41,936 bases of DNA from positions 1-41,936 of the forward strand of contig CAWHCF010000028.1 of NCBI GenBank assembly GCA_963827655.1, written 5' to 3'. The position numbers were made by a program, and so were the translations under genes. This DNA comes from an uncultured Acidobacteriota bacterium (GTDB lineage: Bacteria > Acidobacteriota > UBA6911). Shown here one piece after another: positions 1 through 9,600 of the stretch (position 1 is the first letter of the stretch; every line of letters begins with the position of its first letter). The notes below the pieces were generated by a model. The model searched no databases. It worked only from the letters and a program-made list of their open reading frames with translations, and had not been told where the DNA came from.

Positions 1-19
1 TGAGTTCGTCGGCCGACAT
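1..19 (-). CDS. Possible 5' start of a gene running off the left edge (MSADEL...)
   Basis: ATG at 19-17 on the minus strand with GGGAG 6 nt upstream; only 6 codons visible. Confidence 0.35.
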
Positions 20-400
20 GTAGAACTCCCGCGAGCCTGGCGCGTGGAGAGCCTGCCGATCCGGATTGGTTCGCAGGCCGATCGTTCGCGTCAGCCGCCG
101 TATTTGACCGATGTTGCATTCGAGTCCACGCCGTGTCAAGCCTTTTCTGGAAGAGCGCGCGACTGAGGGTTCGAAAATTAGAACGGTACGTTCGGGCAAC
201 GGCTGCACGCGCTCGATTTCGCCAAGCACGGATATCCTATTTGAGCTTTCGCCAGGGACGGCCGGGAACGATCGCCCTTTGAGTCCGCACGCATGAGTGA
301 GTAGGCATGACTTGCATCAGCAGCGCTTCCGGACCTCATCGAGGATGCTGCGTCCGATTGGCACTGGGCGCGTCGACGGCTTTCGACCGCGCGAATCCCT

Positions 401-1165
401 TCACATCATCATTCCGCCGTCGATCACGACGGCTTGGCCGGTCATGAAGCGGGAGTCCTCCGAAGCGAGGTAAAGAGCGAGAAGCGCGATCTCCTCCGCG
501 GTTCCAAGCCGACCCATCGGTTGGCGGGCGACGAACGCCCGGCGCCAGTCACGCGCGTCCGGATCGGGTGTGTCCGCGACGCGCTGGCGCATGGAAGGGG
601 TATCGACGGTGGCAGGACAGATGCAGTTGACGCGGAGACCGTCCTTGATGAAATCTGCGGCCAGGCTCTTGGTCAGCCCTATGACCGCGGACTTCGAGAC
701 CGAATAGGCGCCTCGATTTTGTACGCCCGTCAACCCGGCGACGGCGCCCATGTTGATGATGCATCCACCCCCCTGCTTGACCATCAGGGGAACCGCTTCC
801 CGGCTGAGAAGGTACATCGATCCGATATTGACATCAATCGTTCTGCGCCACTGCTCCTCGGTGCAGTCGACGAGACTTCCCACGGGGACTATTCCGGCGT
901 TGTTGAACAGCACGTCGAGCCGACCGAAACGCTCCATCGTACGTTCGATGACCGAGCGGCAGACCGAGGGGCTCGAGACGTCGCCGGCAATATCCAGCAC
1001 GGCGGCCCGGGCCTGCCCGAGATCACGAACCAGCTTTTCGAGTTCGGCCCGATCCAGATCGACGAGCACCAGACGCGCGCCCTCGCGTGCAAAGAGGCGC
1101 GCCGATGCTTCGCCAATGCCCGCGGCCGCTCCTGCGATGATCACGACTTTCTCCGTCAGCTTCAT
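401..1165 (-). CDS. SDR family NAD(P)-dependent oxidoreductase
   Basis: GAAAGIG Rossmann motif, NNAG, catalytic YSVSK, C-terminal TGQAVVIDGG; GGAGG RBS. Confidence 0.95.
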   Translation of the reverse strand: MKLTEKVVIIAGAAAGIGEASARLFAREGARLVLVDLDRAELEKLVRDLGQARAAVLDIAGDVSSPSVCRSVIERTMERFGRLDVLFNNAGIVPVGSLVDCTEEQWRRTIDVNIGSMYLLSREAVPLMVKQGGGCIINMGAVAGLTGVQNRGAYSVSKSAVIGLTKSLAADFIKDGLRVNCICPATVDTPSMRQRVADTPDPDARDWRRAFVARQPMGRLGTAEEIALLALYLASEDSRFMTGQAVVIDGGMMM

Positions 1166-1250
1166 GGTTCTAATTCCTCCCGCTCGCCCGTTCGGGACGC
1201 GATTTGTTTCAAATGGCTCACCTGCGAAAGAGTGCTTTCAACTCGCTCAA
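1162..1250 (-). pseudogene. 3' end of a truncated gene coupled to the SDR
   Basis: Frame ending ...HLKQIASRTGEREELEP* overlaps the SDR start (ATGA); upstream sequence belongs to a plus-strand receptor fragment. Confidence 0.35.
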
Positions 1251-1852
1251 CTTTGATCGCACCCACCGGTTCGTGATGAGCGGCCTTGATGAGCTGCCGT
1301 TCTTCCGGGGAAGCACGTCCGCGCTCGAGAAGGCTTTGGGAGGCTGGCAGCTCTCCGGGATCTGGACCGTGCAATCGGGCACGCCCTTCAGCATCATCGA
1401 CGCGACCTCGGGCACGCTTTACGGACTCAGCGGTAGGGCGAGTTTTGCGCCGGGCGCAACGGCAGAAGCCGCCACCCTCTCGGGTTCCACTCGAATCCCG
1501 ACTGAACGCCTATTTCAACACAGCGGCCTTCAACAGGGCTCCCTCGATTCCAGCCGGCGGATCAGACTCCCGACGGTTTCCCGGTCTCGGCGGCGGGGAC
1601 GGTCTTCGGCAACACGGGGTGAACATTCTCCGGGGACCGGGCCAGGCCAACCTGGATCTCGGTATCTTTAAGAGGTTCAGCCTGGGAGAGGAACGAAGGC
1701 TCGAGTTCCGAGCCGAGTTCTTCAACGCGCTGAATCAGGTCAATTTTGATTTGCCCGGCTCCTCCGTCTCCACGCCGGCAACCTTCGGCGTCATCAGCGA
1801 CACGACGGCGGCTCCACGGGTGATTCAGTTTGCCTTGCGACTCATGTTCTGA
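1250..1852 (+). pseudogene. C-terminal fragment of an Oar-type TonB-dependent receptor, frameshifted near 1490
   Basis: FDRTHRF...GGWQLSGIWTVQSGTPF in one frame, then NILRGPG...LEFRAEFFNALNQVNF...PRVIQFALRLMF in another; same motifs as the receptors at 9811 and 34046. Confidence 0.85.
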
Positions 1853-1882
1853 AGGGACTGATTTTCAAAACGGCGATCACGT

Positions 1883-2247
1883 TAGAAGCCAGAAGTCAGA
1901 AGTCAGGAGCAAGAAGTTGGTTGGCAGTACTTGAAAAGGATAACATCACGAGATGGGGTAGGTTACGGCAGACCTCAAGAAGGAAGGATGAATCTCCTGG
2001 AGGAAGTGAGCCGCCTGCTGAATGCGAAAGCGATTTTGGCTTCTGGCTTCTGACTTGGCTTCTATCCGCTCAGAAATCAGGAGCAAGAAGTTGGTTGGCA
2101 CTACCTGAAAAAGGATAACATCACGAGATGGGGTAGGTTACGGCAGACCTCAAGAAGGAAGGATGAATCTCCTGGAGGAAGTGAGCCGCCTGCTGAATGC
2201 ATATGCAAAAGCGATTCTGGCTTCTGGCTTCTGACTCCTGGCTTCTA
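1883..2247. repeat. Tandem duplication (1897-2064 and 2071-2247) bounded by inverted heptamer repeats; carries a four-helix-bundle-like gene tail
   Basis: Two near-identical units with a 174-bp period; 1883-1909 matches the reverse complement of 2221-2247 at 24/27; copy 2 encodes MNLLEEVSRLLNAYAKAILASGF*. Confidence 0.9.
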
Positions 2248-2307
2248 GTCCCGCTGCTTTTGGCGGGATATCAAGGGCGCAGTCCTTGCCTGGTTAGGAG
2301 AATACGC

Positions 2308-3588
2308 ATGTCGGAGATGTATGGGTATCCCGTGAGACTTCACATTGTCCGGTGGCTCGTCCTTGTCGCCTCTGCTCTCCATTTCGCTGTTGTCGCCGAT
2401 GGAAGGCCAGGGCGCCCGGAGAACCAGACCTCGATTACGTCCCCGCAGCCAGCGCGCTCTTCCACTGGCAGGAAAGAGGTCGGCATTTGTGCCTCAGGGG
2501 CGCTGGAAGTCTATGCCCGGAACGAGGCGGAGGGCTGGGCGAAGACGCGTTGCGCGCCGGCTCCGCCGAACGTCCCGAGCGACAAGAATGGCCTGGCCCT
2601 GAACTGGCGCGACGCGGCTGTCAAGAAGGCCGACGGGCTGACCTATGTGGTTTTCCTGATCCCGGGGGAGGATGCCGGAGGTCAGATCCGATTCAACGAC
2701 GCTCCCTCGTATAGCGCGGTCGTCGTCGGGCACGGCGGGGGAGGTGGCACGGCCTGGCCCTTGAAGGCGCGCGACGGCGGACGGGAAGACGACACCGACT
2801 GGCAGGACCTGCAGGACAAGCACGGCATGAGGGTGGTGGAAGTCGCGTGGCACGACGCCGGAATCAAGAATGGGGGACGCTTCACACGCAATTCGCCGGC
2901 CGGGCGCACGCTCGGCGACATGCTGGAGCGGCCCAACCTCCTCTTCGAGTGGATCTACGACAACTTGAACGTCGAAGGGAAGCCGTTTGGCCTGATCGGT
3001 TCCAGCGGTGGCGCAGATGCCGTGCTGGCGCCGCAGGTTCTGCAATCGAGGATCAAAGACAAGATTTCCTATCTCGCGCCGGTCTCCTATCCGCCTCCCT
3101 TCTACGATCCGGTCGTTGCGTGCAACGGTCCCACTCCGCCGGGAACCTTCGTGACGGCGGCCACGGCATCGCTGGGCGAATCCGGTATCGGCGTCAAGGT
3201 GGGGTCGGGGAAAAATGTGGTGGATAGCATCCTGCGCACGCCCGGCCAGAACTGCGCCGCCCAGACCATGACGAAGGCGCTCGCCGGCGGGTCGAGCACC
3301 AAGGAAAGCCTGGATGCCATCCTGGCGCGAGGAGGGAGCGGGTACAAAGGGGCGCTGCACGTCCTCATCGGCACCGCAACCACTGAACTCCGCAACAGCG
3401 ATGTCGGCAACGGAGTGGTCTGGTCCTCGGGCAACCTTTTCCATCACCCCTACTTCGCCGGTGCCAGACGGATCTGGTTCGAGAGCGCCACTGAGGGCCA
3501 TGGCGAGCCGTTCTGGAATGCCAGCGGCCCGGGGTTTTCTCAGGTGCACCGCGAGCTGGTGCGCACGTTGCTGGACCCGCAGAAATGA
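2308..3588 (+). CDS. Secreted hypothetical protein, probable alpha/beta-hydrolase fold
   Basis: AGGAG RBS at 2296-2300; hydrophobic N-terminus; GLIGSSGGA (GxSxG) and a late EGHG histidine. Confidence 0.7.
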   Translation: MSEMYGYPVRLHIVRWLVLVASALHFAVVADGRPGRPENQTSITSPQPARSSTGRKEVGICASGALEVYARNEAEGWAKTRCAPAPPNVPSDKNGLALNWRDAAVKKADGLTYVVFLIPGEDAGGQIRFNDAPSYSAVVVGHGGGGGTAWPLKARDGGREDDTDWQDLQDKHGMRVVEVAWHDAGIKNGGRFTRNSPAGRTLGDMLERPNLLFEWIYDNLNVEGKPFGLIGSSGGADAVLAPQVLQSRIKDKISYLAPVSYPPPFYDPVVACNGPTPPGTFVTAATASLGESGIGVKVGSGKNVVDSILRTPGQNCAAQTMTKALAGGSSTKESLDAILARGGSGYKGALHVLIGTATTELRNSDVGNGVVWSSGNLFHHPYFAGARRIWFESATEGHGEPFWNASGPGFSQVHRELVRTLLDPQK

Positions 3589-3830
3589 TCGCCCGCGGGT
3601 CGAGAGGAGTTCCATTGGCTTTGAGTTTCCTGGTAGATTGGGAACAAAGATGACCGCCACGCTATAGAGCGGGTTGTTCCGGAAGATGACGTTGAAGTCG
3701 GTCGATCTCGTACTCCCGCGTGGAGTCCAAACCGGATCCAATTCTCCAATTCTCGCCGACATCTCCGAGACTTATTTGGGCCTGGGAATAAGACCGTCTC
3801 TACTACTTCACGGCGGAACAGGCGCCGCTT

Positions 3831-5213
3831 GTGCTTCCTCACCAGGCGTGCGGAGTGTATGCTACGCCTGTGTCACGCCATGTTGCCCCGATTAGCTCGC
3901 CAACAACGGGGTTACTTCTTGGACTCATCGTCACCCTGGCGGCAGTGGTGGCGTATTCGTGGTACATCACACGGCAGATCTCCGGGCTGAGAGAGCTGCA
4001 GACCGACCTGGTCGAACGCAACCGCAAGGACTCCCTTCAGCTGCTCCGGATCCAGAACGACCTCAACTCCCTGGCGCTGGCGATGCGGGACATGCTGGAT
4101 ACCGAGGGTCCGTACCCGCTGACTGCATGGTCGGCCCAGTTCCGGCGCATTCGAAGCGATCTCAAGGACGCCCTGGAGACAGAAGCGGAAGTGGCCGTGG
4201 CTCACCGGACGCCGGAGCAGAGGAAGTACCTGGAGAATTCCGTGACGCAGCTTTGGGACGCCGTGGACCGTATGTTCGCGCTTGCGCGCGATGGGAAGGA
4301 GAGCGACGCGCGCGCCCAGATCCGGCTTTCGCTGCAAGCGAGACAGGCGGCGCTGAGCTCAGCTGTGGCGCGGCTTCTGGTCGAGAACAATGAAAGCGAG
4401 CAGCAGGCAGTGCAACGCATCGCCGGGATCTACGACAGCGTACAACGACAGGTCTACTGGTTTCTGACTGCGGCGCTCGTGGCGATCGTGCTCACCAGCC
4501 TCTACCTCATCCGCTCGAACCGCCGCTTGTTTGCGCAACTCTCAGCGCTGTCGGAGCAGCGCAGCGAATTGGCGCAGAAGCTCATCGCGACTCAGGAGTC
4601 CACGCTTCGGCATATCTCACGCGAGCTGCACGACCAGTTCGGTCAGGTCCTGACGGCGATAGGTTCAATGCTGGCGCGTGCCGGGAACCACACAGCCGAA
4701 GGTTCGCCGCTGCGCGCGGAACTGCGCGAGGTGTCGGAGATCGCGCAAGACGCGCTCAACAATGTCCGCAGCTTGTCCCAGGCGCTCCATCCCGCCCTGC
4801 TCGACGAGGCGGGCCTGGAGGGCACGCTTGACTGGTACCTGCGCACGGTGGAACGGCAGACCGGTCTCGTCATTGTTTACCAGAAGTCCGGGACGCCGTT
4901 TTCCGTGGACGGCGACAAGGGAATTCATGTATATCGCGTGCTGCAGGAGGCGCTGAACAACGTCGTTCGACATTCCGGAGCCAAGCAGGCCTGGGTCCGG
5001 TTGGGTTTTCAGACAGACTCCCTGGAGCTGGACGTGGAGGACCACGGTCGGGGGTTTGAACATCAGCGGGCACAGCAGGGGATCGGCGTTGTAGCCATGC
5101 GAGAACGGGCCGAGCTGCTGGGCGGGAGTATCGAGTTCCTGCGCCCGCCTGAAGGGGGGACGCGCGTGCTCCTCAGAGTGCCGCGAGAACGAGTGGATTC
5201 AAATGGCCGGTGA
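3831..5213 (+). CDS. Membrane sensor histidine kinase (HisKA_3, NarX-like); start uncertain
   Basis: Two TM segments, ISRELHDQFGQ H-box, QEALNNVVRHS N-box, DHGRGF, GIGVVAMRERA. Confidence 0.95.
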   Translation: MLPHQACGVYATPVSRHVAPISSPTTGLLLGLIVTLAAVVAYSWYITRQISGLRELQTDLVERNRKDSLQLLRIQNDLNSLALAMRDMLDTEGPYPLTAWSAQFRRIRSDLKDALETEAEVAVAHRTPEQRKYLENSVTQLWDAVDRMFALARDGKESDARAQIRLSLQARQAALSSAVARLLVENNESEQQAVQRIAGIYDSVQRQVYWFLTAALVAIVLTSLYLIRSNRRLFAQLSALSEQRSELAQKLIATQESTLRHISRELHDQFGQVLTAIGSMLARAGNHTAEGSPLRAELREVSEIAQDALNNVRSLSQALHPALLDEAGLEGTLDWYLRTVERQTGLVIVYQKSGTPFSVDGDKGIHVYRVLQEALNNVVRHSGAKQAWVRLGFQTDSLELDVEDHGRGFEHQRAQQGIGVVAMRERAELLGGSIEFLRPPEGGTRVLLRVPRERVDSNGR

Positions 5214-5832
5214 GATCACGGTACTGCTCGTGGATGACCACAGCCTCGTCCGCCTTGGCTTCCGCCGCCTCCTCGAAGATGATCCCGAAATCGCCGTGGT
5301 CGGAGAAGCGGGCAACGGAGAAGAAGCGATCCGGCTCGCCGGTGAGCTGAAGCCGATGGTGATCGTGATGGATTGCGCGCTGCCCGGTGTTAGCGGACTC
5401 GCGGCGACGCGGCGGATCCTGGAGTCCTCACCCGAGGTCGCGGTCTTGATGTTGAGTATGCATTCGGAGGACACGCTGGTGCGTCAGGCGCTCGGAGCCG
5501 GCGCGCGCGGCTACGTGCTCAAGAGCGCCGTGAATCTCGACCTGGTCGCGGCCGTGAAGCGCGCGGCCGCCGGAGAAACCGTACTCGACTCGCAGTTGTC
5601 GCTCTCTCCGGCGTTGAAAGGCGAGCGCAGCGCCGGACTGACACCCCGCGAGATCGAAATCCTGCAACTTATCGTCGAGGGGAAGTCGAACAAGGAGATT
5701 GCGGCGCAGCTCGATCTCAGCGTGAACACTGTGGCGGTGCATCGCGCCAACATCATGGACAGGCTGGGGATCCACAAGACCGCAGAGCTGGTCGTCTACG
5801 CCATCCGCAATGGCCTCGTGAACCTTCCGTGA
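5203..5832 (+). CDS. NarL/LuxR-family response regulator
   Basis: REC domain (LLVDDH, VMD, GYVLK) plus LuxR HTH (LTPREIEILQLIVEGKSNKEIA); overlaps the kinase stop. Confidence 0.96.
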   Translation: MAGEITVLLVDDHSLVRLGFRRLLEDDPEIAVVGEAGNGEEAIRLAGELKPMVIVMDCALPGVSGLAATRRILESSPEVAVLMLSMHSEDTLVRQALGAGARGYVLKSAVNLDLVAAVKRAAAGETVLDSQLSLSPALKGERSAGLTPREIEILQLIVEGKSNKEIAAQLDLSVNTVAVHRANIMDRLGIHKTAELVVYAIRNGLVNLP

Positions 5833-7523
5833 ACCGCTGGTACCTCCTGTCGGTCCTGCTCGGGGCCGGAATCGCAGCTTCGGTGGTGGCGGCCGCATCT
5901 GGAGATCCTCAGCACACCCCGGGTTTCCGGTTGGTCAATGTAACCTTCGCTGCGGGGATTGAGTTTCGTCACAACAGCGGCGCTTACGGCGGCAAGCTCC
6001 TGCCCGAGACACTCGGCTCGGGTTGCGCGTTCCTGGACTACGATCGCGACGGCTGGCAGGACATCCTGCTGGTCAACGCAATCGACTGGCAAGGCCACAA
6101 GCGGCAGCGGACGACGCTCCGGCTCTACCGAAACCTGCGCAACGGCACGTTCGCTGACGTGACGCGCGCGGCCCGCGTCGATGCGGAGATCTATGGCATG
6201 GGCGCCGCCGTTGGCGACTATGACAATGACGGATTTCCGGACATTCTAGTCACCTGCGTCGGGCAGAACCGGCTACTGCGCAATACAGGCAAGGGCACAT
6301 TCGTCGACGCGACGGGGGTAAGCGGCCTCGCCGGGCGGACGGCCTTCAGCACTTCCGCGCTGTGGTTCGATTTCGATCGCGACGGTTGGCTGGATCTTTT
6401 CGTGTGCAATTACGTGCGCTGGTCCCCGGAACACGACGTGTTCTGCAGCCTGGACGGAGTGCATAAGTCGTATTGCACGCCCGAAGCCTATCGCGGCGAT
6501 ACATGCTGGCTCTTCCGCAACCGGCGCAATGGAACGTTCGAGGACGTCACCGCGTCCAGCGAGGTCTTCGACACAAGTTCGAAATCGCTCGGCGTCGCCC
6601 AGCTCGACTACGATCGGGACGGCTGGCCGGACCTGGTAGTGGCCAACGACACGCAGCCCAACAAGCTCTATCTGAATCTACGCAACGGAACTTTCAGGGA
6701 GGTCGCGCTGGAGGCTGGAATTGCTTTCAACAGCGACGGGAAGGCTCGAGCCGGCATGGGCGTCGACGTAGCAGACTTCGAGAACTCCGGGAAGCCGGGC
6801 ATCGCCATCACCAATTTTGACAACGAAATGATCGGGTTGTACCGCGCCGCCGGCGACGGGCGGTACGAAGACATGGCGATGCAGGCCGGAATCGGCCTTG
6901 CGTCAAAGAACACGCTGGGGTTCGGATGCGGTTTTCTCGACGCGGATCTCGACGGATTGCTGGACCTCGCCGTCGCAAATGGTCACATCGAAGAGACAGT
7001 GCGCAACATACGCGGCAACGTGGGGTACGCGCAGCCGCCCCAGCTTTTTCTGAACGCCGGCAACGGCCGGTTTCGTGACATCGCTTCCGAACTGGGAGGC
7101 GGCTTCGATCAGCCGAAGGTCGGTCGCGGTCTGGCGTATGCAGACTTCGATCTGGACGGCGATCTCGATCTCCTGATGACCACAAACAACGGGCCTGCGT
7201 TCCTCTTCCGCAACGATCAGCTCGGTGGGAACCGGAGCATACGTTTTCGACTGGTGGGAACGAGATCGAACCGCGACGCCGTCGGGGCCATCGTGCGGAT
7301 CTATTACGATGGTTCGCTCCAATCGCGCACGGTGAAGAGCGGGTCGAGCTATCTCTCCCAGTCAGAACTGCCAGTGACGTTTGGACTCGGCCGGCGCGAC
7401 CGCATCGACCGCATCGTAATCGAATGGCCGAGCGGACGTAACGAAGAATTCAAGGATCTTGCGCCCGGCAGGACCTACGAATGCGTGGAAGGAAAGACCA
7501 TCACGCCATCCGCGCGCCCCTAG
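5829..7523 (+). CDS. CRTAC1-family FG-GAP repeat protein with ASPIC/UnbV C-terminal domain
   Basis: Signal peptide, repeated DYDxDGxxD motifs, SNRDAVGA, SGSSYLSQS...FGLG, IEWPSG. Confidence 0.93.
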   Translation: MNRWYLLSVLLGAGIAASVVAAASGDPQHTPGFRLVNVTFAAGIEFRHNSGAYGGKLLPETLGSGCAFLDYDRDGWQDILLVNAIDWQGHKRQRTTLRLYRNLRNGTFADVTRAARVDAEIYGMGAAVGDYDNDGFPDILVTCVGQNRLLRNTGKGTFVDATGVSGLAGRTAFSTSALWFDFDRDGWLDLFVCNYVRWSPEHDVFCSLDGVHKSYCTPEAYRGDTCWLFRNRRNGTFEDVTASSEVFDTSSKSLGVAQLDYDRDGWPDLVVANDTQPNKLYLNLRNGTFREVALEAGIAFNSDGKARAGMGVDVADFENSGKPGIAITNFDNEMIGLYRAAGDGRYEDMAMQAGIGLASKNTLGFGCGFLDADLDGLLDLAVANGHIEETVRNIRGNVGYAQPPQLFLNAGNGRFRDIASELGGGFDQPKVGRGLAYADFDLDGDLDLLMTTNNGPAFLFRNDQLGGNRSIRFRLVGTRSNRDAVGAIVRIYYDGSLQSRTVKSGSSYLSQSELPVTFGLGRRDRIDRIVIEWPSGRNEEFKDLAPGRTYECVEGKTITPSARP

Positions 7524-7754
7524 TACTTTTGCATTATTGCCATCACGCCGTTGATCCACCTAATCTCTCCCTACATGGCGAACGTCTTAGCCATTCAGTT
7601 TTGAAGCGGACGCAATTGACTCCAGGGACCAAAGTCCGCAGACGCTACACGGGGGCGCTGGTGAATTTCGGTCTCACCGATCATTCCAATACTCGCGGAG
7701 TTTGCGACTGCCAAACGGGAGGGGACCCAAAACCGGTTAGTAAGGAGTGACCCG

Positions 7755-8894
7755 ATGAGGTTTGAGACGCTTTGGGGAAAAATAAGCCAGGCGAGCCGAA
7801 ACTCGGACAGGGGGCAAGTCTTCGCCCGGCTCGTGGCGGCGGCTGCACTGGCCTTTGGAGGCCTGGGCATTCTCACCCCACAATCTCTGGCACAGGGGTG
7901 AGTGGCCGCTCGACAGAGTGCGCCCGTGATTGGCGCCCTATGCGGCTCGGCTGTGCCGACCTTTGTCCAGCCAAGAACAGACGCGTGGTATCACGGTGTG
8001 GAGCTGACGACTGCTTACCGCTACCAGTCTTCCTTCCGTCACTTCGTCGGCACGGTCGAGCAGAAACAGCGGGAGCTAGACGGCACCCAGATCGTCAATA
8101 ACTACCACCTGTTTGATGTTGCGGTCGCCTACCCATTGACCCGCCGAATAGCCCTTACGGGCAGTTTGCCGATCCTGCTGGCCGAGCGCAATCAGCTCTA
8201 TGCCCCGCGGGGCATCTACAACGTGAATGGAATTGGCGACATGACCTTGGGGACGAGAACCTGGCTATTCCGTCCACCGACGGAGTCCGGCGCCAACATC
8301 GCGCTCGGATTCAGCCTGAAGTTTCCTACCGGCAAGTACAACGCCACGGATCTCGCGGTCAGCAGCACGGGTCAAACCATCCTCGCCACGGCGGATCAGT
8401 CGATCCAGGCAGGGGATGGCGGTTTCGGATTTGTGCTCGACGCCCAGGCGTATCAACCGATCTTCGGCCGGAGCATGCTCTACTTCTCGGGGACTTATCT
8501 CTTCAATCCGCGCAATACCAACGGCGTGAGTACGTTTCGGAGAAGGCGCTACGAGGAGGTGATGTCCGTAGCGGATCAGTACCTGTTTCGAGGCGGTATC
8601 TCGCGTCCGGTTCCGAAGATCCGGGGTCTGGTCGCAGGCTTCGGGGGACGGATTGAAGGTGTTCCCGTGCGCGACGCCTTTGGACGGAGTGATGGGTTCC
8701 GCAGACCCGGCTACGCGATCTCACTAGACCCTGGCGTGATGTACGTTATAGGTCAGAACCTCTTCTCGCTCAACATTCCTTTTGCGGTCGAGCGAAACCG
8801 CAGACGAAGCACAACTGACATTCTGAACGGTGTGCATGGCGACGCGGCCTTCGCTGATTACGCCCTCGTGATGAGCTATACCAGACGTTTCTAA
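7755..8894 (+). CDS. Putative outer-membrane beta-barrel protein with in-frame TGA at 7899-7901 (candidate selenoprotein)
   Basis: AAGGAG RBS, ATG 7755, 48 open codons forming a signal peptide (...TPQSLA/QG), TGA, then the listed 330-aa ORF in the same frame; C-terminal Phe. Confidence 0.75.
7904..7947 (+). promoter_or_regulatory. Candidate bacterial SECIS stem-loop
   Basis: GCCGC 7905-09 pairs with GCGGC 7942-46; GCGCC 7920-24 with GGCGC 7932-36; apical loop CGUGAUU begins 23 nt after the UGA. Confidence 0.5.
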
Positions 8895-9039
8895 CGTGGC
8901 GCATCCGCAGTCCCCTTTTGATGTGACCGTGTCTTGACGGCATAGCGGTTAGACCGGTCGAAACGACTACACCAGGGTCAGGGAATCCTGGGCGAAGACG
9001 CCGTCCGCAACATGCGGAACTTTGTCGAATCATGCCCGT

Positions 9040-9600
9040 CTACTTGACCGGTCCTTGGGTCGGCCTGTAGTCCAATATCGCTTCCAGAGCAGGATCGCGA
9101 TTGGAACTGTACAGGTCAAACGACGGCGGTGCGTAAAGGAGCGGTGCAATCCAGACTCGAAAATCTGTAGCGCTGGAACTTTGCCAGTAGAAGTCAGAAA
9201 TGCTGCCCTGCATTCCACCAAGGTAGCCGGATGCCCACATCCTGACCAACGAAATTCGGGCTGGATGCCTTTGGCTCGCCGACGAACACGGCATCGGTGT
9301 TGCGCTCGATCCCGGTCGCCAGCATCATTCCGGCCGAGAAAGTGTAGCGGCCTACAACTACAAACAATTTGCCTGCCTGGTTGATCTTGTCGTTGCGAAT
9401 AAGGTGGTGAATCAGTTGCTGGTTCAACAGCCGGGTTCCCCCAGTGTTCCAACGCAGATCAATAACAAAACGCTCGACATCGTGTTCGTTCACGAAGCGA
9501 AATAACCTGTCCAGGAAGAGCCGTAACGGCTCCTTTGCCTTGCGCACGGCGTTGTGCTGAAAAAAGACTAGCTTCGCTTCGGCAACATACCTCAAAGCCC
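9040..9600 (-). pseudogene. S41-like peptidase C-terminal fragment, 5'-truncated and frameshifted near 9210
   Basis: VIDLRWNTGG, VGRYTFSAG, FVGEP, then WIAP...RDPALEAIL in another frame. Confidence 0.7.

Noticed and set aside
1883-2247. CRISPR array or DGR template/variable repeat pair
   Set aside because: Only two long units with no spacers; no cas or reverse transcriptase gene in the window; differences include indels and are not adenine-specific
2197-2307. Longer N-terminus for the 463-aa ORF
   Set aside because: It reads through the repeat element; the RBS supports ATG 2308
2494-3842. Minus-strand ORFs 2494-3762 and 3540-3842
   Set aside because: Largely antisense shadows with no recognisable motifs; 3590-3830 is left unexplained
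7620-7750. Riboswitch upstream of the selenoprotein candidate
   Set aside because: Only two short hairpins (GGTGA/TCACC and TCGCG/TGCGA); no recognisable consensus
8936-9005. tRNA(Sec) or c-di-GMP riboswitch
   Set aside because: No UCA anticodon arm, T-loop or CCA; riboswitch consensus not matched
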